Of a stretch of 64,000 nucleotides of DNA, positions 31,458 to 41,908 are shown piece after piece. The notes under the pieces are model-generated. The model saw nothing but the letters and a program-made list of their open reading frames with translations, ran no database searches and was not told the DNA's origin. This stretch comes from an uncultured Gammaproteobacteria bacterium (GTDB lineage: Bacteria > Pseudomonadota > Gammaproteobacteria > JACCXJ01): assembly GCA_963764725.1 (NCBI GenBank), contig CAVXTM010000016.1, forward strand, positions 449,186-513,185, in the 5' to 3' direction. The position numbers and the translations under genes are program-made. Numbering within the stretch: position 1 is the stretch's first letter; every line of letters starts with the position of its first letter.

Positions 31458-34400
31458 GGGGTGTGGGATTGAGCACTGTCTCTGCAGCAGGCTGGCTCGT
31501 TGATTTGAATCGCACCGTCAGCTTTGCGGATGACGACATAGAACACCGGCGTGAGGATCAGGCCGAAGAACGTCACGCCCAACATTCCGAAGAACACGGC
31601 CGTGCCGAGCGCCTGCCGCATCTCCGCGCCCGCGCCGCTCGCGAGCACCAGCGGGACGACGCCGAGGATGAACGCGAAGCTCGTCATCAGGATCGGCCGC
31701 AGGCGAAGGCGCGCGGCTTCGATGGCTGCGTCCGCGATGCTCTTGCCGGTGTCTTCGAGTTGCTTCGCGAACTCGACGATGAGAATCGCGTTCTTGCTCG
31801 CGAGACCGACCAGCACGATGAGGCCGATTTGCGTGAAGATGTTGTTGTCCATGCCGCGCAGCCAGACGCCGGCGATGGCGCTGAGCAGACACATCGGCAC
31901 GATGAGGATGATGGCCAGCGGCAGACTCCAGCTTTCGTATTGCGCGGCCAGCGTGAGGAACACGAGCAGCACGCAGAGCGGGAAGATGAACACGATGGTG
32001 TTGCCGGCGAGGATTTCCTGAAAGGTCAGCTCGGTCCACTCGTAGCCCATGCCCGGCGGCAGTTCCTTCGCGGCGAGTTGCTGCGCGAGCGCGATGGCCT
32101 GGCCGGAACTGACGCCGGGCAGCGCCACGCCGTTGATGTCCGCGGCGGGATACATGTTGTAGCGAATGACTTTGTCCGGGCCGGTGGTTTCGCGAACGTC
32201 CACGAGCGTGCCGAGCGGCACCATGTCGCCGGCGGCGTTGCGGGTTTTGAGTTTGCGGATGTCCTCGGCGCTGAAGGCGGAAGTCCGCGTCGGCCTGCGC
32301 GGTGACCTGATAGGTGCGACCAAAGCGGTTGAAGTCATTCACGTAGAGCGAGCCGAGATAGGTTTGCAGCGTGTCGTTCACATCGCTCAAGCGCCACGCT
32401 CATGCTCTTGGCCTTCACGCGGTCCACGTCCACGAAGAGTTGCGGCACGCGCGTGGTGAACGTGGTGAACACCTGCGCCAGTCCGGGCGTCTGGCTGCCA
32501 TCGACCATCATGCTGAAACGCCGTGCCGGCGAGCGCATCCAGACCGAGGTCCGCGCGATCCTGAATCATCATCTTGAAACCGGCGGTGCTGCCCAGGCCG
32601 CGCACCGGCGGCGGCGGCAGGACCAGAACGCGCGCGTCGCGCAACTCGGCGTAGCGCGCGTAGAGCTGGCCCATGATCGCCTGCGCGGACTTGTGCGGGT
32701 CTTTGCGATGCTCAAATGCTTCCAGCGAAACGAACATCGTGCCGGCATTGGGAAGATTCGCGCCGACCAGCAGATTGAAGCCGGGAAACTCCACCGTGCC
32801 GTTCACGCCGGGAATGGTGCGGGCGATTTCACCGGCGCGGCTGATGATCTTCTGGCTGCGCTCCAGGCTCGCGCCATCGGGCAGTTGCGCGAAGACGATG
32901 AGATAGCCGGAATCCTGCGTGCGGAATGAAACCCGTCGGCACGATTTTGAAACCACCCCACGTCAGCACGAGCAGCCCCGCATAGACCGCCAGCGCGATG
33001 CCGCCGCGCCGCACCGTGCCGCCCACGGCGCGGGTGTAGCCGTTCGTCGTGCGGTCGAAGCCTTTGTTGAACAGCCGAAAGAACCAGCCGAGCACCGCGA
33101 TCCATGACCGCGGCGAACCAATCCTTCTTCGCGTGATGGCCCTTCAGCAGAATGGCGCTGAGCGCGGGCGAGAGCGTCAGCGAATTGAACGCGCTGATGA
33201 CGGTCGAGACCGCGATGGTCAGCGCGAACTGCCGGTAGAACTGCCCGGTGATGCCGCTGACGAACGCGGTCGGCACGAACACCGCGCACAGCACGAGCGC
33301 CACGGCGATGACCGGGCCGCTGACTTCGTTCATCGCCTTCTTCGTGGCCTCGACCGGCGCGAGGCCGAGCGCGATGTTGCGCTCGACGTTTTCCACCACG
33401 ACGATGGCGTCGTCCACCACGATGCCGATGGCGAGCACGAGGCCGAACAGCGAGAGGTTGTTCAGCGAGAAGCCAAACACTTCATCACGGCGAACGTGCC
33501 GATGAGCGACACCGGCACGGCGAGCAGCGGAATGATGGACGCGCGCCAGTTTTGCAGGAAGACGATGACCACCAGCACGACGAGCAGCACGGCCTCGAAC
33601 AACGTGTGCACGACCGCCTGGATGGATTCGCGCGCAAAGACGGTCGTGTCGTAAATCACGCGATAGTCAACGCCTGGCGGGAAGTTCTTCTTCAGTTCCT
33701 CCAGCTTGGCCCGCACGGCGTCGGAGGTTTCGATGGCGTTCGATCCCGGCAGTTGCCAAGATGACGAGCGCGGCGGCGGGCTTGCCGCTGAGTTGCGAGG
33801 CAACGGAGTAGTCGCGCGCGGCCAGTTCGACTCGCGCCACGTCGCGGACGCGCGTGACCTGGCCTTGCGCCCCTTGCTTGACGATGATGTCGCCGAACTG
33901 CTGTTCGTCGAGCAGCCGCCCTTGCGTGCTGATGGTGAGTTGAAAATCGCTGCCCGGCGGGCACGGGCGGCTGGCCGATCGTGCCGGCGGCGACCTGAAG
34001 GTTTTGCTCGCGGATGGCGCGGACGACATCACCGGCCGTCATGTTGCGCGAGGCGAGTTTTTCCGGATCGAGCCAGATGCGCATCGAGTAATCGCGCGCC
34101 CCGAACACCGTCACTTCGCCGACGCCCGGGATGCGCGCGAGTTGATCCTTCACTTGAAGGAAGGCGTAGTTGCCGAGGTAGAGTTCATCGCGCGAGTCGT
34201 CCGGCGAGACGAGATGCGCCACCATCGTGAGGTCGGTCGATCGCTTCGTGGTGGTCACGCCGAGGCGGCGCACTTCCTCCGGCAACTTCGGCAGCGCGAT
34301 GGCCACGCGGTTTTGCACGAGCACCTGCGCGGTGTTGAGATCCGTGCCGAGCTTGAACGTGATGGTCAGCGTCATCACGCCGTCGCTGGTCGAAGTGCTC

Positions 34401-34642
34401 GACATGTAGAGCATGTTCTCGACGCCGTTGACTTCCTGCTCGATGGGCGTGGCGACGGTTTCGGCGAGCACCTTCGGATTCGCGCCCGGATACACGGCGC
34501 GCACGACGACGGTCGGCGGCACGATTTCGGGATATTGCGCGATGGGCAGTTGGAACATCGCAATCCCGCCCACCAGCACGATGACGATGGAAAGCACCGC
34601 CGCGAAAATCGGCCGGCGAATGAAGAAGTGGGAGAAGTTCAT
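31454..34642 (-). CDS. RND permease (MexF-like); several frameshifts
   Basis: [53 protein letters not shown]. Confidence 0.9.
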
Positions 34643-35788
34643 TTCGCCTCCGGGGGCTTCGCGTCCACGACGATGCCCGGCCGCACGCGCATCAGTCCTT
34701 CCACGATGATCTGTTCGCCGGGCTTCAAACCGCCGTTCACGACCCGCAGGCCGTCAATCATCGGGCCGATCTTCACCGGACGGAACTCGACCTTCTTCTC
34801 CGCGTTGACGACATAGACAAACTTCTGCGCCTGGTCCGAACCCAGCGCGCGGTCGGGAATCAGCAGCGCCGGATATTTGCCGCTGCCGGGAATGCGCATG
34901 CGCGCGAAGAACCCCGGACTCAAGCTGTGATCCTGGATTGGAAAACACGCCGCGGGCAGCGCATCGTGCCTGTGGTTGGGATCAACCTGATTGTCCACGA
35001 AATCCATGTAGCCCTTGTGCGGAAAGCCCGTCTCGTCGGCCAGCGCCATCTCGGCGGGAATCTCTGCGTCGCGCGCGCTCTCACGTTTGCCCTCCCTGCT
35101 GAAGCCGGATGTATTTCAGGATCGACGCGCTCATCGGCATCCACGTAGCAGATAAAGCGGATCGAGCGACACGAGGGTGGTGAGCAAGCGTTGCGCCCGC
35201 ACCCGAGACCCGCCGCTGACCAGATTGCCTTCCGTGACCAGCGCGCGGCCGATGCGCCCGTCAATCGGCGCGCGGATCTCGGTGAATTCGAGATTGAGTT
35301 TGGCCGAGTCCAGCGCGGCCTTGGCTGATTTCACCGCCGCCAGTGCCGAAGCGTAGGTTTTGGTCTTCGTGTCGAAGTCCTCCTCGGAGATGGCCTTGGT
35401 CGCGATCAGCCGCTTGGCCCGCTCGGCATCATTCTTCGCCAACTCCGCCTGGCTGTAGCGCCCGTTGATACTCGGCGTCCGCGCGGTCGAATTCCGCCTG
35501 ATACGGGCGCGGATCAATCGTGAACAGCAGGTCGCCTTTCTTCACCTCCTTGCCCTCCTTGAAATGAACCTTGTCGAGATAACCGCTCACGCGCGCTCGA
35601 ATTTCGACGGTCTCCGGCGATTCGAGCCGTCCGATGTACTCGTCCCACTCGATGACCTCGCGCGCGATTGGCTGGATGACGGAAACGACCGGCGGCGGCG
35701 GAGCGGCTTGGGGGGCGCCTTTCCCGCAGCCGGTCACCACCAATCCGATCAAGAGCGCAGCGATTCCAAGCAAGTAGGTTACTTTCAT
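34639..35788 (-). CDS. RND periplasmic adaptor (MexE-like); frameshifted
   Basis: VTGC lipobox, EIRARVSGYL, LFTIDPRPY, RAPIDGRIG. Confidence 0.88.
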
Positions 35789-35828
35789 GCGGAGCCCAAG
35801 GGTTTCATTAGTGTGCAGGAATAAATTC

Positions 35829-35990
35829 TCAATGCTTCGATTGCGCGTGTGCCTCGATCAGCCAAAGCAGTTTGTCCACACCTCGGGAAACGTCCGTGAA
35901 CAAACCCGCCGTGTCCGCGTCGCCCATTTTGCGGGTGGTGTCAATGGCTGCGCGCGTGATGACGCGCCGAACTTCGATAGTGCGCTCGAC
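35829..35990 (-). pseudogene. Remnant: C-terminus of Dps
   Basis: RAAID..KMGDADTAGLFTDVSRGVDKLLWLIEAH. Confidence 0.75.
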
Positions 35991-36195
35991 AGTACCAGAG
36001 TGTAGCTCTGGCCGTCTTAAGATTCGGAATGGGGTCTATTGACGCGAGTCTGCCTTTGGGGAGGCTTGTCGTCAAGAGGAACAAGCGTGCCGCTATGCTT
36101 AGTGCCCAGGGCAGCGCTGGCAACCTCGCTGATATGACAGCTAGCCCTAGTGACGAGGACCGTGTTCCGGTGCTCGCCCGTTCGTCCGATGATGT

Positions 36196-36573
36196 TCAGC
36201 GTCTGGGAATCATCGCACGTGCCGCCGCTTGTCCGACAAAGAATCTGCCCAGCGCTGTGACGCGCAGCGTTTGTTCGACTTCTATTGGATTAAGTGCATC
36301 AATCGGTCCGCGCAATCGCCGACTAGCATTGTGAATAACGACGTTGGGTGTACCGATATCTCGCTCAACGCCTGCAAACAGCCCCGCCACGTCGCTTTCC
36401 TGCGATACGTCGCAGGTATAAGCATGCCCCGCAATGCGCTTGGCGAGATCTTGAAGGGTGTCTCCACGTCAAGCGGCGATGGCCACTCGGAAGCCATCTG
36501 CCGCGAAGCGCCGGGCGAGCGCCGCCCCGAGTCCGGGGCCGACGCCAACCATTAACGCAACATGATCTGACAT
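36196..36573 (-). pseudogene. Short-chain dehydrogenase/reductase with an internal stop and 3' truncation
   Basis: GGAGG RBS, MSDHVALMVGVGPGLGAALARRFAADGFRVAIAA*..CDVS..VIHNAS. Confidence 0.8.
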
Positions 36574-36659
36574 ATAGTGACCTCCGCCCTGCCGACGGGT
36601 TTGGTCTTATGGCGCAAAAAACCGGATTGCTCAAATGATTAAGCCGCTGGATTATACTT

Positions 36660-37265
36660 CTATCCATCCTTGAACTCGGTCGCGACCATGGCGGGCCTCA
36701 ATGCAAATTCGACATACCAACGAGCGAGGCTGGGACGCGAGGCGCGCCAGTCGAGCTCTGTGTATCGAAAGTCTAACCATCCCAACATACACCCCACTGC
36801 GACCTGCCCGATGGTCACGGGACCGACTAGCCCATCGGCATGCGCTTCGAGCCAGTCAAGACTCCGTGCCTGCTTGCGGGTTTGGAACTTATCGAATTGG
36901 CCAGAGCGCTTATCGTCGGGACGCTGCTGCTCGATAAAGCGGAGTACACCAGCGTCCGAGATTCCGTCTGCGATTGCTTGTAGTTGTAACGCGCGCCAGC
37001 GAGCTAGCCCGACTGGGGGAAAGAGTTTTTCGCGGGGATGGAGCGAATCGAGGTATTCGCAAATCACATGGGAATCCACCAAAACCATTCCGTCATCCAG
37101 CGTCAACGCCGGCACTTTTCCGAGCGGATTGATAGCGACATACCCAGAGCGTTCGTCCCGAAAATTGACAAGGATTGGGGTTACTTGATCCGACAACCCG
37201 CACTCATGCGCCACCACGAGCACCTTCCGGACAAAGGGTGACGTAGGGCTAAAGCTCAGTTGCAT
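36660..37265 (-). CDS. Glutathione S-transferase
   Basis: SPTSPFVRKV, INPLGKVPAL, DSHVICEYLD; RBS before M at 37265. Confidence 0.93.
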   Translation of the reverse strand: MQLSFSPTSPFVRKVLVVAHECGLSDQVTPILVNFRDERSGYVAINPLGKVPALTLDDGMVLVDSHVICEYLDSLHPREKLFPPVGLARWRALQLQAIADGISDAGVLRFIEQQRPDDKRSGQFDKFQTRKQARSLDWLEAHADGLVGPVTIGQVAVGCMLGWLDFRYTELDWRASRPSLARWYVEFALRPAMVATEFKDG

Positions 37266-37391
37266 GACATCGACTCCTTCTAGATGTGAACACCACCAAA
37301 TCGCCGAATGAAAGACCGAAACGTTAGAGGCGATCCTTGACCATACCGAGACAACGTCAGACATCTAGCCATGGGTGATGGTGAAAGTCCG

Positions 37392-38177
37392 CTATGCCGC
37401 ATTACTCTCGTCAGCCTCAAGCTTGTCGAGTAACTCCGCCATGCGCATCACCATCTGGACCATCGTTCCTCCGAGGGCCAAAGCGAACCACACGGAGATC
37501 ACAAATGCGTAGTGCACGGGCGAAGCGAAAAGCTCTTCCCGAAACCAAAAGGTGTGCCCCCATTCGTTGAACCCCACCGACGGTAATAGCATGAAGGGAC
37601 CGACGACCGCGAGCGTCAAGGGTAAGGAGATCCTGTTGGCGTAAAGCGGCAGCCGCGTCCGTGCGTAAAGCCACGTAGCCATACCCAGAAGGGAGTACAG
37701 CGGGAAGCCGAGATAAAACACCACGATGTGGTTCGGTGTGAACGGGGTATCACGAACCGCCGCCTGATGCCATGCATTGTCTTGCTCGCCGAAATAACTT
37801 CCCGCCCAGTAAACTGCTAGGCCGTACACGCCGATCCACATCATCAGCGCAAAATACCGCCTGATTTCTTCCTGAGTCGAGAGTCGATCGAGGTGGCGAT
37901 CCCGCGTAGCCCACAGGTACCAGGCGAGGCCTATTCCCAGCGCCACCTGAAATACTATCTCGATGTAGAGAAGCCGCCGCCAATAGACGTCGAAAATTGG
38001 CATGGTCGAATCGAGTCCGGTCTCTAAGGCAAAGGCACCTTGGTAGACGCGGATAGATACATACATAAAAGCAATTGCAAACAGACCCGCACCGTACATT
38101 GGTAGGTCGCGCAGGTACCAGCGCGACTGACTATCATTTATCGATGCCTGCTTTAGTGCTGCTAAGTTTGTTGCCAT
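37392..38177 (-). CDS. pxmC: Copper membrane monooxygenase subunit C (PmoC/AmoC family)
   Basis: EQDNAWHQ..RDTPFTPNH and NEWGHTFW..EELF..PVH copper-site motifs. Confidence 0.93.
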   Translation of the reverse strand: MATNLAALKQASINDSQSRWYLRDLPMYGAGLFAIAFMYVSIRVYQGAFALETGLDSTMPIFDVYWRRLLYIEIVFQVALGIGLAWYLWATRDRHLDRLSTQEEIRRYFALMMWIGVYGLAVYWAGSYFGEQDNAWHQAAVRDTPFTPNHIVVFYLGFPLYSLLGMATWLYARTRLPLYANRISLPLTLAVVGPFMLLPSVGFNEWGHTFWFREELFASPVHYAFVISVWFALALGGTMVQMVMRMAELLDKLEADESNAA

Positions 38178-38208
38178 ATCACACCTCTCTGTCGTAAGTT
38201 ACCCTCAG

Positions 38209-38350
38209 AGCTTTTGAACAAATCTGCTGCGCTCGGGATCTCGCGTTCCGACGGTGCTCGGAATCCTCATGTATTTCACTATACACTCCGGTTCCTCCGC
38301 TCCGGCGGACCACGACCTCCCTTCGCTCGCGACGATTTTTTTCACAAGCT
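38209..38350. mobile_element. ~142-bp MITE-like element between pxmB and pxmC
   Basis: Imperfect terminal inverted repeats AGCTTTTGAACAAATC / GATTTTTTTCACAAGCT; internal stem-loop potential; no transposase. Confidence 0.6.
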
Positions 38351-38409
38351 ATTAGCCGAGACGGCTGGGACCTTTCGTGCTTTACTACGTCATGCAGTAA
38401 TCACGCTGT

Positions 38410-39636
38410 CTATCCACCGCCCATTACTGGAACAGCGGACGCCGAAATACTCGATAAGTAGCGCGCTCCCAAGGTGTCGTTGAAGAAGAGTAATGCGCCA
38501 ACGCGACTGTCGGCATCCTTTATGATGGTCGAGAGTTTCTGTAGGTCCCAGGCCGCGTCGGTGGCCGTTACTTGCACCGTGCGGATTTCGCCGGGCGCGA
38601 TCGGTGCGTTCGACTCCACACGCAATCCCGTTCTTGCGCTAAGCTCCTCGGGATATGCAAGGTCAACGGGCCCTGCTTCTGGATTGAAGAACCTGACCGT
38701 CGCCGTGTTCAGCTCCGCTAGCTGTATAGGGTGTTCCGCTTTGTTGGTCACCTCTAAGGTGAGACTCAAGGCGCGCTCGACCACTCGGTAGGTGGCGTGC
38801 TTGACCTTTACGCCCACCCTTTGAGATTCCGGCAAGGGTTCCACGTGCGTGCGACCCGTTTGCAGGGGAATGGTCTCTGGATAGGCGCTATCGACAGCCG
38901 CGTAGGCCCCGGCGATGAGCACTAGAGTAGCGCCCAATCCGATGATAGCGATCCTGCGATCGGTTGGCGTGATCAGAGCCTCCTCGTTCCCCGCTTGTAC
39001 TAGCTTATATCGGAGTATGAAGAGCGGCCTTCGCACCCACCACAGAAGCCATGCCGTGCCAAGCACAAGCCAGATCCCGTGCCACAGCACGCCGTTCCGT
39101 GTGCCAAACGTCTCTAAGTCGATCGTACGACCCGAAACGGTCGTGACCTCATTGCGGAAGTCGGTGGCCACTCCCGTCACCTCGATCCACATTCCCGGTC
39201 CGACGATGACGCCGACATCCTTGAGATTCATCATGGGATGAATGTGGTAGCGGCCAGGAATGCGGGCCTTCAAAGAAAGCTTAAACTCATAGTCGGCCCC
39301 AAGTTGCAAATCCACGGAATTCGCGACGCTGATCCCATTAATATAGGTCCCTGTTCTTAGCAAGACAGGGGTAGGCATCGCGAGATTGAGGAATGCCGAA
39401 TCCGGCTTCGCAACGGCGTTGGGCCAATCCTCTGCGACGTGAAAGCGTCCACTTAAGATGACTTCATCGTTCACCTTCAAATTCGTGTGCGACCATGCAA
39501 TGTCGTACCACTGAATCGTCCGCATGCGAATGAAAGGTTCGAGCGCCCGTTCGCCGTGTGCGAAGACCGAGGGGATCACCGTAATCAGAGCGAGCAGGCC
39601 CATAACCAATGAGCGCGAAAGTATGAGTTGTCTCAT
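38410..39636 (-). CDS. pxmB: Copper membrane monooxygenase subunit B (PmoB/AmoB family)
   Basis: Signal peptide then HGERALEPFIRMRTIQWYD; GRYHIHP His pair; TIPLQTG; DADSRVGALLFF. Confidence 0.93.
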   Translation of the reverse strand: MRQLILSRSLVMGLLALITVIPSVFAHGERALEPFIRMRTIQWYDIAWSHTNLKVNDEVILSGRFHVAEDWPNAVAKPDSAFLNLAMPTPVLLRTGTYINGISVANSVDLQLGADYEFKLSLKARIPGRYHIHPMMNLKDVGVIVGPGMWIEVTGVATDFRNEVTTVSGRTIDLETFGTRNGVLWHGIWLVLGTAWLLWWVRRPLFILRYKLVQAGNEEALITPTDRRIAIIGLGATLVLIAGAYAAVDSAYPETIPLQTGRTHVEPLPESQRVGVKVKHATYRVVERALSLTLEVTNKAEHPIQLAELNTATVRFFNPEAGPVDLAYPEELSARTGLRVESNAPIAPGEIRTVQVTATDAAWDLQKLSTIIKDADSRVGALLFFNDTLGARYLSSISASAVPVMGGG

Positions 39637-39654
39637 GGGTGTCTCCTTGCGGAT

Positions 39655-40398
39655 TTAGATCCGGTTGAGAAAACGTACTGAGCTAAATAGCTTGCCGATA
39701 TAGAGCCAAAGGCCATAGAGGGGCATGGCTAATACGGCAGCGCAGAAAGCGGTGAGCGGCGTCGCGTACGTTCCATAAGTCCTGAGAACGCCGCGCTCTA
39801 TTATTCGCAGATATTCTGGAACCCCTGGCCGCACATATTGGTAGCCGAGGAGATCCGCGATGGTCATCGTATCGCCGTGGTGTGCCACGGCCTCGTGAAA
39901 GGGCGCGATGATCGGCCAATTGGCGGGATAGAAGACGGCCGCGAAGAGGCTCGCGCCGAGCACCGCGGTGGCTAGGTAGCTTCGAGTCAACAGTAAGATG
40001 AAATCCAATATGAGGGCGCTTGGAATAAGCGTCGCCGGTAAGACAATATTGATGGGATAGTTGGTCCAGAGATGGTAGGCAAACCAGCGGGTGATGCACA
40101 TACCGATCAGGAGAACCACGGCGCATACCGTGGCCCCCATTGGCAACCGAAAGTGTGTCCACAGCACATACTGGACCGCTGCCGGGAACGTAATCGCCAT
40201 CAACGGCGTTACCAGAGGCCACCATTGCCTATCTTTCCAGTCCATCCAGAAATCCCAATCCCCGACTGTCAGAATCATGCTCAGGTGGAAGGCACCGGTC
40301 AAAACGAGAATGATTGGAACCAAGGTCAGATAGTCGAATGCTCGTGCGATCTTTGCTGTTTTCTGCCCTGGAATTGTTTGTAGTAATTGCGCTGCCAT
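39655..40398 (-). CDS. pxmA: Copper membrane monooxygenase subunit A (PmoA/AmoA family)
   Basis: GDWDFWMDWKDRQWWP, FYPANW, PEYLRIIERG. Confidence 0.93.
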   Translation of the reverse strand: MAAQLLQTIPGQKTAKIARAFDYLTLVPIILVLTGAFHLSMILTVGDWDFWMDWKDRQWWPLVTPLMAITFPAAVQYVLWTHFRLPMGATVCAVVLLIGMCITRWFAYHLWTNYPINIVLPATLIPSALILDFILLLTRSYLATAVLGASLFAAVFYPANWPIIAPFHEAVAHHGDTMTIADLLGYQYVRPGVPEYLRIIERGVLRTYGTYATPLTAFCAAVLAMPLYGLWLYIGKLFSSVRFLNRI

Positions 40399-40433
40399 AG
40401 GACCTCCATTGCTCTACATTTTGATTGCTCTAC

Positions 40434-41762
40434 TTAGCGCCCTGGGGCGCCGTTGTCGAAGGCTTTGACTCGAAGCACAAAGTAAGGGGGCTTCGAGAGT
40501 GCCTCTCCCGCATTGAGGACCGCGGATTGGTGCAAGCGATTCACCACGGCGTAAAGGTCTCCCTGAGGACCGAAACTAAAGGAGTTGACCCACGAGAGAT
40601 CTTTCGATTGCACGAGCCGTGTGTACTTGCGGTCGGGTGTAATGACGCCGATGGCGTTCGCGGCGAGATCGCCAAGATAGATGTTGTCGCTCTGATCGAT
40701 GGAAATCCCATCGCAAATAGGCTTGCTGCTATACCGCTGGACTCGACCTTCGAGTAGGACTTCGCTCAGTTGGTCATTCGCTAAATCGTCGGCGCGCACG
40801 CGGTACAGGCTCATGCCGTGCATAGGACCAAAATAGACCCACTCGTTTTTGGTATCTATCGTGATGGGATTCACGCCCAGCCGTGGGCGATGAATTGTGC
40901 CATCCTCTTTTTTGATCTGAACGGGTCGACCGTCCATGATGAGATCGACCGGCTCCGGGATAACGCTATGGTGACCTTGAAGAACACGGCGCGCGCGATT
41001 TGTTTTTAGGTCAACGATGATTAATGCCGCGTCCGATCCACCGGCCGGATCCGCGATATAGATGGCGTTGCGTTTTGGGTCAATCGCGAAATCATTAACA
41101 AAGGCATCCGGCGGTGTTGCAGGCGGCGGCAGCTCGATTACTCTGTGGAGCTTGTCATGTTCAGAGTCCCACCCGACGAGTTTCGGGACCACCTGGCTTC
41201 GCAGGCCATTGTCGAGCATCCAGACGATGCCCTCACCGTCAGAGCGGATCCCAAGTACCGAATCAAGCCGCACCCCATGCGTGCGCTCGGTCCTGTCGTT
41301 GAACTGTGTGTTCGGAAAGGGCTTCAGGGAGCCATCCTGGCCCAGTTCCGCAACGGAGTAGGCGGGACCGTAAAACTGGTGCAGACTGATAATTACCCGC
41401 CCATCAAACGTCACGGTGATGTTTCCCGGTGCGGCGTCGAGCCGCGCGCGAATTTCATAAGGTTGCTCGGGAAGTGCAGCGGTTTCTGAATTACCCGCAA
41501 TGACACAGAAGAGCGCCAAAAGGAGGTTTTTCAAGTACCAGCCGTTGCGCCGGCGGGGTTTGCAGTGTTTCGGCGGCGGGTCAAAGATCGCTCTCGCTTC
41601 GCCTCCCAGCTCTAAATTCGGCCTATACCGATCCAATCCCTGCAGGAATTGAAACATAGCTATCCAAGACGCCAGATCTCTATTCATCCGAGAAAAGATA
41701 TTAATCATGGCAATCGCTCCTAGTCTATCGATGTTACAAACCAAAGCGCATCGCTCGAACAT
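40434..41762 (-). CDS. Yellow / major royal jelly (L-dopachrome tautomerase-related) beta-propeller; true start probably nearer 41535-41560
   Basis: PGNITVTFDGRVIISLHQF, DSVLG, VWMLDNG, FVNDFAID, CDGISID; signal-like segment LKNLLLALFCVIAG. Confidence 0.8.
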   Translation of the reverse strand: MFERCALVCNIDRLGAIAMINIFSRMNRDLASWIAMFQFLQGLDRYRPNLELGGEARAIFDPPPKHCKPRRRNGWYLKNLLLALFCVIAGNSETAALPEQPYEIRARLDAAPGNITVTFDGRVIISLHQFYGPAYSVAELGQDGSLKPFPNTQFNDRTERTHGVRLDSVLGIRSDGEGIVWMLDNGLRSQVVPKLVGWDSEHDKLHRVIELPPPATPPDAFVNDFAIDPKRNAIYIADPAGGSDAALIIVDLKTNRARRVLQGHHSVIPEPVDLIMDGRPVQIKKEDGTIHRPRLGVNPITIDTKNEWVYFGPMHGMSLYRVRADDLANDQLSEVLLEGRVQRYSSKPICDGISIDQSDNIYLGDLAANAIGVITPDRKYTRLVQSKDLSWVNSFSFGPQGDLYAVVNRLHQSAVLNAGEALSKPPYFVLRVKAFDNGAPGR

Positions 41763-41817
41763 TTAGATGATGCATATAATCTATTAAAAGATTATGATAG
41801 TAATCTAAATATGTCAA
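41761..41817 (-). promoter_or_regulatory. Tandem TetR operators (TAGATGA-N6-TAATCTA; AAGATTA-N6-TAATCTA) overlapping a leftward promoter TTGACA-N17-TAATCT
   Basis: Palindromes seen directly in the AT-rich gap between the divergent tetR and the yellow-pxm operon. Confidence 0.75.
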
Positions 41818-41908
41818 GAGGTACCGCGAAGTTGGTTTTGGTCGGCGTTCGGCCGGCCGCCTCCCGTGCCGGTGGGTATTGACAAACTGGGTCAGTGGAG
41901 AATCACGT

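Noticed and set aside
37392-40398. Calling the host a methanotroph or nitrifier from this operon
   Set aside because: A-B-C order and divergent sequence indicate a pxm-like enzyme of unknown substrate, and no MDH or HAO genes are in the window.
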